Source: Candidatus Wolfebacteria bacterium GW2011_GWB1_47_1 (GTDB lineage Bacteria; Patescibacteriota; Minisyncoccia; UBA6257; UBA9933). From it: a stretch of DNA of 64,000 nucleotides. Position numbers and translations under genes: made by a program. Below are positions 46,649 through 56,778 of the stretch, one piece after another. The notes beneath the pieces were generated by a model, which saw nothing but the letters and a program-made list of their open reading frames with translations, did not search any database and was not told the DNA's origin. Every line of letters starts with the position of its first letter. Position 1 is the stretch's first letter. The stretch lies in NCBI GenBank assembly GCA_001029635.1, contig CP011209.1, forward strand, positions 683,969 to 747,968, read 5' to 3'.

Positions 46649-48241
46649 TTACCGTATGATCGTTTTCATTGCCGCATAGAGCACCCCCATGTGTCGAATG
46701 CCTTTATACATCGGCGATGGCCGTTTATCCAGACCAAATAGCGTATCGACAGCAATCTGGGCCGATCGGATCGAATATTCGACCGTAAACACAACATCCC
46801 CCGGAACTTCACAATATTGCCCCACAAACGCAAAGTTCATCGCCCCTTGTGGTACAACCGCGGGCCGATCGGAAATCTTCCTCGGTAAAAACAGACTCGT
46901 TATATACGGAGTTCCGCATGGAATACATACCGCGCTCCCGAGTATCGCATCCCTATGCGCTTCAAATCCCAGGTGGTGAACCAGCTCGATAAGTATTTCC
47001 TCACCAGTACATTCGGACATCTTCTTTTTAACAATGTTCCCCACGGCGTCAGAACGCAATCCGTATCCCCAACACAGATTTATAGTATTAGGCTGATGCA
47101 AAAAATATGGCTTATACGATAACACTACGGACATAAACCAATTCGAATCCACTATGTTAACACCCCCATAGGTCGTCACTTTTTTATGCACAAATTTTTC
47201 CATCAGATCGAAGAACGTCCGGTCTCGGAATGTGATCGTAAACGATGTCCACCCTGATCTATCCGTGTGCCCACCAAATACCGCGGGCACACCAAATTCT
47301 GGCCTCCCCGCAGCGATGCGCTCCCATAATGCCCATGATCCACTTTTGTTCCGCAAATCGACTATCGGCACAGTGTGCATTGAACCAATCGCAGAGTTCG
47401 CGACGATCGATCCCAGCGTCATAATGACGCGATCACTCTCTTTAACCATAACCTTGGTCTCAGTTCCGCACTGCCCATATATAATGTATTCCACCCGTTG
47501 TCCTTTTCGCGTCGACACAAATCCTACATCTGTCACTTTCGCATTCGTCACAAACACAACCCCCCGACTCTTGAGCCAGTCAACAATCGGCATCACCAGA
47601 AATTCATATTGGTTATATGGTGAGATCTCGATATCCTCCAACGTATCTATTGTCGAAAACCCCTGTATAAACCGCAGGAAATAACGCCTAAATTCTATGG
47701 CACTATGCCACGGTTGAAACGCAAAGACGGTACAAAATTCATACCAAAAATTCGACGTAAAAAAATCATTGGTAAACAAGCTCTTAATATCTCTATCTTC
47801 CAACGAAACCTCACTTCTCAATAACAAACCAATAAGATTAAGCCTGTCTTTACTACTTAAGCCTAATGGATGACTATCGATAACTTGCCTATTCTTTAGC
47901 AACCGCGCCTTTGAATATGATCTACTCTTTTTATTGAATTCGACAAATTCTTCTCTAAGCGTTTTTCCCTTCGCAATCAACGATGGGATACTCGCCATTA
48001 GATCAAACGTTGCCGTAAATGCTTTTTCTTCAAACATGCGAATCCCCCGCATAACATACCCTTCGGATTCGGAAAGATCTTGCGCATCTAGGCTTCCCCC
48101 AATCCTTTTTGCCTCATCAAATATAGAGATGCTCTCACCTTTTATACCCGCGTCTTTGATACAGTATACAGCCGCCGCAAGCGATGCAATTCCCCCGCCG
48201 ATCAAATATACCTTTGTTTCCTTATCTTTGTTCATTATCAT
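46649..48241 (-). CDS. Oleate hydratase (MCRA family)
   Basis: YLIGGGIASLAAA, GGSLD, GYVMRG.RM, FAFQPWHSAIEFRRY, YNQYE, PYITS.F.PR...DRP, FTVEYS.R. Confidence 0.93.
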   Translation of the reverse strand: MIMNKDKETKVYLIGGGIASLAAAVYCIKDAGIKGESISIFDEAKRIGGSLDAQDLSESEGYVMRGIRMFEEKAFTATFDLMASIPSLIAKGKTLREEFVEFNKKSRSYSKARLLKNRQVIDSHPLGLSSKDRLNLIGLLLRSEVSLEDRDIKSLFTNDFFTSNFWYEFCTVFAFQPWHSAIEFRRYFLRFIQGFSTIDTLEDIEISPYNQYEFLVMPIVDWLKSRGVVFVTNAKVTDVGFVSTRKGQRVEYIIYGQCGTETKVMVKESDRVIMTLGSIVANSAIGSMHTVPIVDLRNKSGSWALWERIAAGRPEFGVPAVFGGHTDRSGWTSFTITFRDRTFFDLMEKFVHKKVTTYGGVNIVDSNWFMSVVLSYKPYFLHQPNTINLCWGYGLRSDAVGNIVKKKMSECTGEEILIELVHHLGFEAHRDAILGSAVCIPCGTPYITSLFLPRKISDRPAVVPQGAMNFAFVGQYCEVPGDVVFTVEYSIRSAQIAVDTLFGLDKRPSPMYKGIRHMGVLYAAMKTIIR

Positions 48242-48319
48242 TATACTGTATCATTTCTTGATTTTTTACCTACATTGGCCCACATAAAATACCCCAAAGG
48301 GGCATTTTATGGTTTTAAA

Positions 48320-49066
48320 TCACTTTTTTGCAAACCCTTCCAATGCCTTCAGTGCCTCTATCGGCACCATGTAAACGACAGTATTTGACTGATCCGATGA
48401 CATATCATTGATCGACTGCAGTGTCCTCAGGTGTAACGCACCCGGCGTAGCAGCAAGCATTTCTGCCGCCTTTGCAATATTTTGCGATGCCGCAAGTTCA
48501 CCCTCGGAGTTGATAATAACAGCACGCTTTTCACGCTCCGCTTCCGCCTGTTTACCGATTGTCCGCTCCATTTCCGCGGGTAGACTAACATCCTTCAATT
48601 CGACATTATTTACCTTCAATCCCCACGCATCCGTCTCCTTGTCGACGATCTCGCGGATCCGGTCGGCTATCTTGTCTCTGCTTGAGAGCAACTCGTCGAG
48701 CGTTACCTCACCGACTATGTTTCGCATCGTCGTTTGCGCATACTGCGAGATCGCATATCGGAAATCTTCCACTTCGATCACGGATTTCGGCGCGTCGCTC
48801 ACCTTGTAATAGATGACGGCATTCACCTTTACTGAAACATTATCGCGAGTAATCGCGTTTTGATCCGGCACATCGACCGCTTTGATACGCACATCAACTT
48901 TCTGATAAGTCTGAATCACGGGCCATACAATCCTCCACCCCGGCTCCATAACGGCTGTAAATTTCCCAAACGTGAATTTAACACCCTTTTCGTATTGATT
49001 TATTTGACGAATGCTCGTGATAATAACGAGTATGATCGCTATTGCGATCGGGGTGATTATTGTCAT
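48320..49066 (-). CDS. SPFH/band 7 (slipin/stomatin-like) protein
   Basis: VD.R...DVP.Q..IT.DNV...V.AV.YY, AQTTMR..G, WG.KV..VE.KDV, AEAERE.RA. Confidence 0.93.
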   Translation of the reverse strand: MTIITPIAIAIILVIITSIRQINQYEKGVKFTFGKFTAVMEPGWRIVWPVIQTYQKVDVRIKAVDVPDQNAITRDNVSVKVNAVIYYKVSDAPKSVIEVEDFRYAISQYAQTTMRNIVGEVTLDELLSSRDKIADRIREIVDKETDAWGLKVNNVELKDVSLPAEMERTIGKQAEAEREKRAVIINSEGELAASQNIAKAAEMLAATPGALHLRTLQSINDMSSDQSNTVVYMVPIEALKALEGFAKK

Positions 49067-49158
49067 ATGTTTTGATAATTGCGAATATTACTCATTATAC
49101 CGCCCACTTCCCAAAATGACAAAAAAGGGGGCACATGCGTGCCCCCTTGCTCCACCTT

Positions 49159-49824
49159 CTAAAAGTGGATTGCGGTGCTGACGGCGTACGAATCGTATCC
49201 GTCCATCCCGTGAAAGTAATCGGCGCCGACCTCTATAGACCCTATGCGCAGACTTGCGCCACTCCCTATGAACGCGCCCTGGAGCTGGTACCCGCCGGTC
49301 ACGTTGACCGTCAGGCAATCTAGGGGTTTGATTTGTGCGATGCCGCCCGTACGCAATTGGTGGAATCGAGGAATATCCAAAGTGAATGCGTAGTTCCCGT
49401 TCTGCGTAGGAATCACGAAATCCTGCGAGTACAGGCCGAAGTGGTAGACGTAGTTTAGAAACCCGCCCACCCGCAGGTCTCCTACGTCGGTCAACTTAAC
49501 CCCCTGACTCAGCTCGATCCCCAGGCCGGAAATCTTCTCGTCCTTAAGCCCCATGCCTGGCATAACTGCGTCGACGATCTCGAGCTTCGTGTAGAAACCT
49601 TGGATCTCAACCCTGGTCACGGTCGGCTCGTACTCGTACCCGATGACCGGTCCGTAATTGGTCAGATGCATCGGCTGGGCATCCTTTTCGGTCGGCATGT
49701 AGCGCTCCTCCTGGAGCTTCATGCCGACATAGAAGCCGGACTCGGTTGCCAGGGTTACTGCGTATACGGGAACGGAAGCTACCAGTACTATTATTGCCAC
49801 TGCGAGACTCACAATACGCTTCAT
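49159..49824 (-). CDS. Secreted hypothetical protein with beta-barrel-like features
   Basis: Signal peptide ending VYA; alternating hydrophobic/Gly/Tyr strands; C-terminal YAVSTAIHF. Confidence 0.6.
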   Translation of the reverse strand: MKRIVSLAVAIIVLVASVPVYAVTLATESGFYVGMKLQEERYMPTEKDAQPMHLTNYGPVIGYEYEPTVTRVEIQGFYTKLEIVDAVMPGMGLKDEKISGLGIELSQGVKLTDVGDLRVGGFLNYVYHFGLYSQDFVIPTQNGNYAFTLDIPRFHQLRTGGIAQIKPLDCLTVNVTGGYQLQGAFIGSGASLRIGSIEVGADYFHGMDGYDSYAVSTAIHF

Positions 49825-49964
49825 ACTGCCCCCTTTTATGTGTTTATTTAACAGCTATTTAAAGCAATATCACATATATAACTATTTTGCAAATTCTTCG
49901 ATTGTACAAAAAAGGGGTAGTAATCATACTATCCCTTATATGCCGCTACGCTGCGACAGCTGCT

Positions 49965-50261
49965 TCACTTTTTGGACTGCTGACATCCTTCGTCTCCTTT
50001 TCCTTCCTGATATTTCTTTCCGATCTTAAATCTCCATCCCGAAACTTCTTTATCCAAAGTCTCTTCCAACAGTTTAATCCGCCCTTTCAGAAATAATAGA
50101 TCGTGCTGAGTCGGACTATTTTCTATGACATACCGAAGTACCTGGTACTGCTCATAGATCCCCGCTGCCCGTTGTTCTGCTTCCACTACCTGTTTAGCCA
50201 GCTCCCCATTCAATCTCTCAAGTTCAACAATCCTTCTTTGTTGCTCGATTTCCTTTGTCAT
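49965..50261 (-). CDS. Hypothetical coiled-coil protein
   Basis: AGGAAGGAGG upstream; heptad-like sequence. Confidence 0.55.
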   Translation of the reverse strand: MTKEIEQQRRIVELERLNGELAKQVVEAEQRAAGIYEQYQVLRYVIENSPTQHDLLFLKGRIKLLEETLDKEVSGWRFKIGKKYQEGKGDEGCQQSKK

Positions 50262-50356
50262 AACACCCTCCTTCCTGTCTTACGCCCGTATGCAGTTGGT
50301 AGTTAGCTATCTCATTAATACCAATACTTACTGACTTCGTCAAACAATGTATAACG

Positions 50357-50512
50357 AACGCACATTTCGGACAACAGAAGACATTTATGTGCTGTTGCGG
50401 AAAAAGTGTGTGTCATCCCGGCCTTCGCCGGTATGACAATTCGGTCAATGCGTCTATTTGACGCATTGATTATTCCCATGGAATTATATACTTTTTGTCC
50501 GAAATGTGCGTT
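50357..50512. mobile_element. Second MITE-like copy with perfect 18-bp terminal inverted repeats and a REP hairpin
   Basis: AACGCACATTTCGGACAA at 50357 and TTGTCCGAAATGTGCGTT at 50495; internal TGTCATCCCGGC-CTTC-GCCGGTATGACA at 50411-50438. Confidence 0.65.
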
Positions 50513-50576
50513 GGCGGAGTAAACAAATAAAAAACATATCACCAAAGCCAATGTGTTTTCCATTTATACATTACCA

Positions 50577-51206
50577 TCACTCATTCATCCTCTTTGTTCT
50601 AAAGTGCCAATAGATAAGCACACTCAATATCGCCGCAAAGAAGCACCAGACTGAAAAGAACACATTTACAAAAAACCATGCCGCAACGGCAAACGATCCA
50701 AAAAGCGTTAGCCCAAATATATTCATCATCCTATAACTTGAGACGAGCAAACTCCCACAGACGATCGTGACATATACCGCCGTAGTGACAAGCGGGTACA
50801 ACGTCATGGAATTGTACCCGATACTTCGATCGATAATGCAAGACGTGACCGAATTCAAGCCAATAAAATATGCAATATATAACCCTACTCCTAACCCAAT
50901 TGCCAAAAATAAACCCAGAATCCTTTTTCTTCTCGGATCTTTTTCTATTAGTAGCACAGAAAGCGGAATAAAGATCGGCCACAGTATATGCGAAAAAAAT
51001 ACATACGCATACGTTGCAATCATATTGAGTATCGGCTTACCGAATGAAATCCATACCACTCCCTCGATGGCTTGCTGAATCCCGAGAAGGAGCGGTACGC
51101 TTGCGAGCGGAAGCTCCTTTTTCTTTTTTGCCTTTGCAATCGTCAAAACGCCAGCCACGCTCAGCGCTCCTCCTGCTGCAAAACTTGCTGTTGCTGAAAA
51201 ACACAT
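50577..51206 (-). CDS. DUF6629-like membrane protein
   Basis: MCFSA.ASF, PLL..IQQ..EG.VW, SVWCFFAA..S. Confidence 0.8.
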   Translation of the reverse strand: MCFSATASFAAGGALSVAGVLTIAKAKKKKELPLASVPLLLGIQQAIEGVVWISFGKPILNMIATYAYVFFSHILWPIFIPLSVLLIEKDPRRKRILGLFLAIGLGVGLYIAYFIGLNSVTSCIIDRSIGYNSMTLYPLVTTAVYVTIVCGSLLVSSYRMMNIFGLTLFGSFAVAAWFFVNVFFSVWCFFAAILSVLIYWHFRTKRMNE

Positions 51207-51295
51207 ATCATTTTATTTTAGCAAATTACGTCGCGTTGATACAGTAAGCAAAAACACGCCCATATATAAGCGTGCTTTTGCTTCTCTCTTATTTA

Positions 51296-53062
51296 TTATT
51301 CAATGCCAATCATCCGATACAAGATATGTACCATTCGATCCAATAGCGGCATAACTTTCCCCGATGAGGTTTCCGTCTTGGTTTCAGTCGGTAATACATA
51401 CGTGCCGTCCGCTGGCGGTTGTGTCATTTGCTCGCCCGGCATCGGCTGATACTGCTGATAATCAGCGGGGGGCATTTTCCCTTCTGTCGGGTATGTTTGA
51501 ATACCCTCCTTGTATATCTGCTGCCCTTCCATCCCTGACTGCTGAATCGGCACACCACATTCCTGCGGATGATTTTGACAGTACACTCTGCACTCTTCAG
51601 GACTCGTACAACCTCCCGGGCCCATCATCCGCTGCTGTTCCTGTATAGGTATCATCAGTTCCTTATACTCTTCCTTGCGAATGCCTTCGGGTATCATTTG
51701 CCCGCTCGTCGAAAACGATTCGTAATTCCTCACGGGAAGTTGTTGTGGCGTCCGTTGCTGTTGTCCATACTGTTCAAAACAACTCCGCATTTTCCCTTCG
51801 ATCTCTGGCGTCGGCCGGAATGTTCCCGTTTTTATTTGCTCGGCCACATCTTCCCCTGTCGAATCTTTCAAACACCGCGCAACCTCGCTCGGCATTTGAT
51901 TCGCATTTATCATCGGACGCTCAACGAAAGGCATTTGGCCCTCTCCTTGTCCCTGTCGAGGCTCTCCACCTTGCCCTTTAAATTCCTCTCTTCGGAAATC
52001 ATCTTGCTGCATTTGGCCTTCCTGCGAGCGCATCGCGCTCTCGAAGCATTTCTGCATCGTATCGCCAATCTCCATCGACGGCATGGCGGTTCCGTTCTTC
52101 AATTTCTCAATACGCTCGCTTCCCAAAGCCTCATTCAAGCACTGCTGAACCTCCGGCGGCGCCTGATTGAATCCTTGCATCATCTGTTGCTTACCTTCTT
52201 CCATTCGCTTCAGATCCCCCTCCTTTACTAATCCATACTCCTTGGCAAAATTGAAACATGTCTCCTGATTGGTCTGGTTTCCGCAAAATGCGTCACACTC
52301 TTCCTTACCTCGGCATCCACCCGGACCCTTACCGCCCGTCTTGCGCGCCATCTGCACTTCCTCCGGCTTCATAAAACCTGCCGCTTCGGCAAATGCGATA
52401 CATTCTTCAACATGACTTTCCTCGCTGCAATATACATCACACTCTTCCTTACCTCGGCACGCAGGAGGTTTGATGCCGCTCTTGATCGCGCTCAACACCT
52501 TCTTTGCTTCTACGAGCTCTTTTTCCTTCATGAAGCCGGCTGCTTCGGCAAATGTCATACATTCTTCCATATGATCTACTTGCGAACAATACGCATCGCA
52601 CGATTTTTTGTTCTTGCACGCGGGCGGCTTCACTCCGCGCTGAATCGCCGATTGTATCTTCTTTGCCTCCTCCAACTCCTGCGCCGGCATTAGGCCGTTC
52701 TTTTCGGCGAATGCCACGCATTCATTAATATGACTTATGTCATCACAGAATGTTTTACACTCTTCCTTACCTCGGCATCCACCCGGACCCTTCGCTCCGG
52801 CTGCTATGAATTTCTCCGCCGTTTCGACTTCCCGCGTCGACATCAACTTATTCTTCTTTGCGAACGCAATACATGCCTGGATATTGTCCGGCTTATCGCA
52901 ATATGTCTTGCAAGCTGCTTTATTTTTACAATTATCCAGTTCCTCAACGGGATATTGCACGTTTGAAATATTTTGAGCAGTCGCCGATTGTATTAGGGTA
53001 AAAGAAAATACCACCGAGAAGGCAATGATCGTCAAGCTGAGATACTGTTGTGTATGTTTCAT
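51296..53062 (-). CDS. Secreted cysteine-rich repeat protein
   Basis: Signal peptide; repeated (GPGG)C....EC..(F/Y)C....H..EC..FA...G.M units; Gln-rich C-terminus. Confidence 0.8.
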   Translation of the reverse strand: MKHTQQYLSLTIIAFSVVFSFTLIQSATAQNISNVQYPVEELDNCKNKAACKTYCDKPDNIQACIAFAKKNKLMSTREVETAEKFIAAGAKGPGGCRGKEECKTFCDDISHINECVAFAEKNGLMPAQELEEAKKIQSAIQRGVKPPACKNKKSCDAYCSQVDHMEECMTFAEAAGFMKEKELVEAKKVLSAIKSGIKPPACRGKEECDVYCSEESHVEECIAFAEAAGFMKPEEVQMARKTGGKGPGGCRGKEECDAFCGNQTNQETCFNFAKEYGLVKEGDLKRMEEGKQQMMQGFNQAPPEVQQCLNEALGSERIEKLKNGTAMPSMEIGDTMQKCFESAMRSQEGQMQQDDFRREEFKGQGGEPRQGQGEGQMPFVERPMINANQMPSEVARCLKDSTGEDVAEQIKTGTFRPTPEIEGKMRSCFEQYGQQQRTPQQLPVRNYESFSTSGQMIPEGIRKEEYKELMIPIQEQQRMMGPGGCTSPEECRVYCQNHPQECGVPIQQSGMEGQQIYKEGIQTYPTEGKMPPADYQQYQPMPGEQMTQPPADGTYVLPTETKTETSSGKVMPLLDRMVHILYRMIGIE

Positions 53063-53080
53063 GATTATATTAGTCGATAC

Positions 53081-53365
53081 TTATTCAAACGGATTCGTCT
53101 TCACGTCCGTGAACGGATTTGTTTTTTCGACTGGATTTGTTTCTGAAACAGGCTGATACGGATTTGCCGATGTGTTCAACTCGGGCAATACCTCTTCAAC
53201 CGTACTGCCGGTGAGATCCGGCGCCTGCGGGACCGACGACCCTTTCCAATACACATAGCCGCCGATTCCAAGCGCGACTATGACGATCACTGCGATCGCC
53301 AAACCAAGCGTCTTTTTATTCAACACTTTCACCGGCGGAACACCGGGAATTTGTGGGGTATTCAT
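53081..53365 (-). CDS. Small single-TM hypothetical protein
   Basis: One TM helix; tail with repeated NP and TNPF. Confidence 0.7.
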   Translation of the reverse strand: MNTPQIPGVPPVKVLNKKTLGLAIAVIVIVALGIGGYVYWKGSSVPQAPDLTGSTVEEVLPELNTSANPYQPVSETNPVEKTNPFTDVKTNPFE

Positions 53366-53441
53366 ATACTATAGTATACAACAAGCACATGATAAACACA
53401 TCACACGTACCAGCAAAAAATCCCCTTCCCGCACCGCCCAC

Positions 53442-54614
53442 TCAAAATATAACCCCGATATATTGCTTGATATACGATGTTTTGTCGGCAAATCGCCCCG
53501 CGCTCAAGTTTACTACGCTTCTATCTTCACCGGTATCTATAGTATGCATTCGCACCTCCCACCCGCTGTCATACTCTATTGTATATATGAATGTCGCACT
53601 ATTGGGAAGAAAATCGCGCACTTCTTTTTGCCCTCTCTTTGCTGTATTCACCAAATTAGACGGCAAAATATGATAGCGTTCCCCACTATTGATATTTACT
53701 CCTTTAATTTCTTGTTTGGGCGGATAATACGCCAAAACACTTCTATCGACAAAAACATCATATACGACATCCTTGCCGTTAAAGGCCATCGTTCCAACTC
53801 CCAGATCATCCGCCAGTCGCTTCTGCGACATATCCGTTAACGAGATCAAATCTACCGAACCTGCCTTGTCATGTCTAGCGCTTATGATCTTGAACGCAAG
53901 GTCATACCGAGGATAGAGTTTGTAATACTCATTAGAGAAATACGGGAGGTGCATATCGACAATATTCCCGCTTTCCAGCTCCACATATAGATATTTAAGA
54001 TCGGAATCCGAGTCTAAAGGATGATTCGCTCTATCCCTGACCACATTAAAATAGAGCCGATTGGTATCGCCCGAAAATCCGACCGCATATGCCTCCGTGT
54101 AATTTTTACATTCCGCGCATGGGTATTTTTTTATTTGACCGGTCTTGGTATTTAATACACTTACCTCATGCGCGCCTTCGCGCGTACGCCCGGCGATACC
54201 GATCAGACCGCCATCAGCAGTGTAGGCGGGCGACATTTCATATGGCGTTATATCTATATCCAAATCCTTATATGTATCCGAAATATCCTTTCCTTTTTTA
54301 TCAAAAAATCTGCTCGCGGTACTTGTTCCAATTCCAATATCGCTATGATTAAATACGGTCAACGTTTCCCATTGCTCGGTGGTCGAGTGGATCAATATAT
54401 CGTCCGTCCCGTCTATACTCACCGAACGATAGTCGTCCCGTACCGATTCGCCTTGCGCGTCAAAATTCTGTACCCTATAAACTATCCTTGGCTGACCATT
54501 CATTGTAGCTACATTATATTTTTGCAGATACAAAAAGACGGCAGTCAACATGGCCGTCGCAAAAACTCCCACGCCGATCATTAATGCTTTTTGTTCAAGT
54601 AGACGTTTCAGCAT
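53442..54614 (-). CDS. Membrane-anchored hypothetical protein, possibly a beta-propeller
   Basis: N-terminal TM; SPAYTADG and GFSGD...LYF blade-like motifs. Confidence 0.7.
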   Translation of the reverse strand: MLKRLLEQKALMIGVGVFATAMLTAVFLYLQKYNVATMNGQPRIVYRVQNFDAQGESVRDDYRSVSIDGTDDILIHSTTEQWETLTVFNHSDIGIGTSTASRFFDKKGKDISDTYKDLDIDITPYEMSPAYTADGGLIGIAGRTREGAHEVSVLNTKTGQIKKYPCAECKNYTEAYAVGFSGDTNRLYFNVVRDRANHPLDSDSDLKYLYVELESGNIVDMHLPYFSNEYYKLYPRYDLAFKIISARHDKAGSVDLISLTDMSQKRLADDLGVGTMAFNGKDVVYDVFVDRSVLAYYPPKQEIKGVNINSGERYHILPSNLVNTAKRGQKEVRDFLPNSATFIYTIEYDSGWEVRMHTIDTGEDRSVVNLSAGRFADKTSYIKQYIGVIF

Positions 54615-54642
54615 ATATATCGCTCGGGCAACCTCTTTACAT

Positions 54643-55581
54643 TTACAGATCCCCGAAAAAACTCAGATTGCTTTCATAGCTCAAAACATTGCCGGTATTC
54701 GTGACCACTACTTGCACAAAAGGAAACATCTCCGAAACCAGTCCTGCGGGCGGAACATAACGTCTATTTTCCCAGCGCAATACATGATCTTTCCCCGCGT
54801 AACGGGCATCATTATCGGAATTGCCAGAAACTTCCTTTCCCACGCTGTGCGTAAATTCATATTCCACCGCGCTTATTTTGCCGAATAATTCCACCCCAAG
54901 AATATCCCGCAAACAACGCTTCGCGCTTTCTTCGGTCGCCTCGCGGATCACTTCCGCCATATCGGGATTCTGAGGCAGCTCGCTAAATGTGTACAATGCC
55001 CTTTTCTCACCACCGATTCGGTTTGCTTCGTCGGCAGTCATCGCATACGAAGGAGTCCCGTTGGGGTCGGCAATCGAACGCATACTCACTACCCTATTTG
55101 TCTTAAAGTCGACCATGTATTCGTTGATCTTCCCCGCCCATATATCATTGTCCCGGAATATACCCACTTTCTCCTCTACGGTCGGAATGTGGCCGTTTTC
55201 CGTCGACGTTCCGATGCCGAAATTATCATACTGTGCATCCATGTCAACCGCCGTAAAATTCAAAAGAGTGGCTTGACTACCAAAGCTTTGGCACTTATCA
55301 ATTTTTTCGGCAAAGTCCCTAAGCGCATCGGACGGTCCGGGCGCATACCGCTTTACAAATTTCTCCCCGGTCCACAAGATGCATTCCTGCTCGATATCGT
55401 TTTCGGTGGGTGCTACATAGTCATAGACTACCATCGCACGAACCAGCCAGCCACCCTCCCGACATTCTTCAAATGAATTTATTTTTGCGCTTTTCGCCAC
55501 CATAATTATATATGATACGCCAATCGCCGCTAGAACTACATTAACGCAACCAAAAATTTTCATTTTTCTAGATTTAATCAT
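54643..55581 (-). CDS. Membrane-anchored hypothetical protein
   Basis: N-terminal TM followed by an INSFEEC...C....G..F mini-domain. Confidence 0.7.
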   Translation of the reverse strand: MIKSRKMKIFGCVNVVLAAIGVSYIIMVAKSAKINSFEECREGGWLVRAMVVYDYVAPTENDIEQECILWTGEKFVKRYAPGPSDALRDFAEKIDKCQSFGSQATLLNFTAVDMDAQYDNFGIGTSTENGHIPTVEEKVGIFRDNDIWAGKINEYMVDFKTNRVVSMRSIADPNGTPSYAMTADEANRIGGEKRALYTFSELPQNPDMAEVIREATEESAKRCLRDILGVELFGKISAVEYEFTHSVGKEVSGNSDNDARYAGKDHVLRWENRRYVPPAGLVSEMFPFVQVVVTNTGNVLSYESNLSFFGDL

Positions 55582-55668
55582 TTTTCGTCTCTCAAGAGGG
55601 GCTTCTTAATGCATCAATTCATCGTCCTGATTACTTAGCCTATTCACTATTTTCCCGTCTACCTCACC

Positions 55669-56661
55669 TCACATAATATTCCCGTATGCTAGCACGATTT
55701 TTTGATTAACCACAAGAGCTGTCGCCATTATGATCAGTAGCATCACTCCATTCACTATTAATTGCGAATGTTGGATCTTTATTCTAATAAATACCTTAAG
55801 CATTAATGCCAGCGAGACAATAGTCAGAAGTACGCCGTAGAGATACATATTCATCAAGCGCGGCATTGTCATCGCCTTTTTAATGAAGGATGCGTCAATT
55901 GGTGCGATAGCAGAATCGACCTGAGCCACTTCATTCGATTGGGTAAAGGCGCCGCTTACTTCCCCTTCCACCTCGATCGCTTGATTCAGAGTTGCTTCCT
56001 TATGCTCTTTTGGCGTTGCAAACGGCTGAATACCCCCCCTACTATTCTTCTGCGCGCTCACCGTGGCAATCGACTCTTGCTCTTCAACTTTCTTTGCCGG
56101 GCGTCCGAATATCTGTACGATAAAGGTTGTTTCCCTTCCCTCGTACACGCCATTTGCCGTTGCGATCCCGATCTCGGTAAAGTTGGCATTCAAAATATTT
56201 TTCCTATGCGTAGGTGAATCCATCCATGCCTTGCTTACATCCGAAGAGTCGATGAAGTCTACAGCTAAATTTTCTCCTGCATAATCATATTTATAGCCGG
56301 CCCTATCAATCCAATACCATGGAGTCACGCCTTCGGGACTATTGTGCGCGAAATACCCCTTCTGGGCCATATCGTCAGCCTTCATTTGGGCAGCTTTTTG
56401 CAATACCTCGCTTGTCTGTAGTCTGGGCAGCTTGTCAATCTGCCTATTGTCATTGGCCAGGCCGGCGATCACCGACGGCAAGACTTGAGCGAAATAACCC
56501 TTGCGTGAATGTAGCATCTCAACCTGCAATAAAAAAATCATTTCCACTAGTAAAATGACTGCGAAAAAAAACATAACCACTTCGGTCCGCAATATATGCG
56601 GCTTATGGTCGTTGTGCTCCCCTGGAATAAAATACTTCTTCAGTAGATGAATTCCTTTCAT
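55669..56661 (-). CDS. CAP/SCP domain membrane protein
   Basis: N..R...L..L....L..AAQ.KA.DM...YF.H.SP.G..PW, AGENLA, WM.SP.HR.NIL...F.EIGI; two C-terminal TMs. Confidence 0.92.
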   Translation of the reverse strand: MKGIHLLKKYFIPGEHNDHKPHILRTEVVMFFFAVILLVEMIFLLQVEMLHSRKGYFAQVLPSVIAGLANDNRQIDKLPRLQTSEVLQKAAQMKADDMAQKGYFAHNSPEGVTPWYWIDRAGYKYDYAGENLAVDFIDSSDVSKAWMDSPTHRKNILNANFTEIGIATANGVYEGRETTFIVQIFGRPAKKVEEQESIATVSAQKNSRGGIQPFATPKEHKEATLNQAIEVEGEVSGAFTQSNEVAQVDSAIAPIDASFIKKAMTMPRLMNMYLYGVLLTIVSLALMLKVFIRIKIQHSQLIVNGVMLLIIMATALVVNQKIVLAYGNIM

Positions 56662-56778
56662 GATTTTTGATCATTACCACTCCCCCTGACAAGGCTTATA
56701 TGAATAAATAATGACACAAATGCAAAAAAACAGCAAGACAATGCAAGTCCTGCTGTTTTTATCAGTATCGTTTAACGC

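Noticed and set aside
50315-50563. 82-aa ORF containing VIPAKAGMT
   Set aside because: Translation through the REP/MITE element; the same applies to 26304-26498 and 11552-11740.
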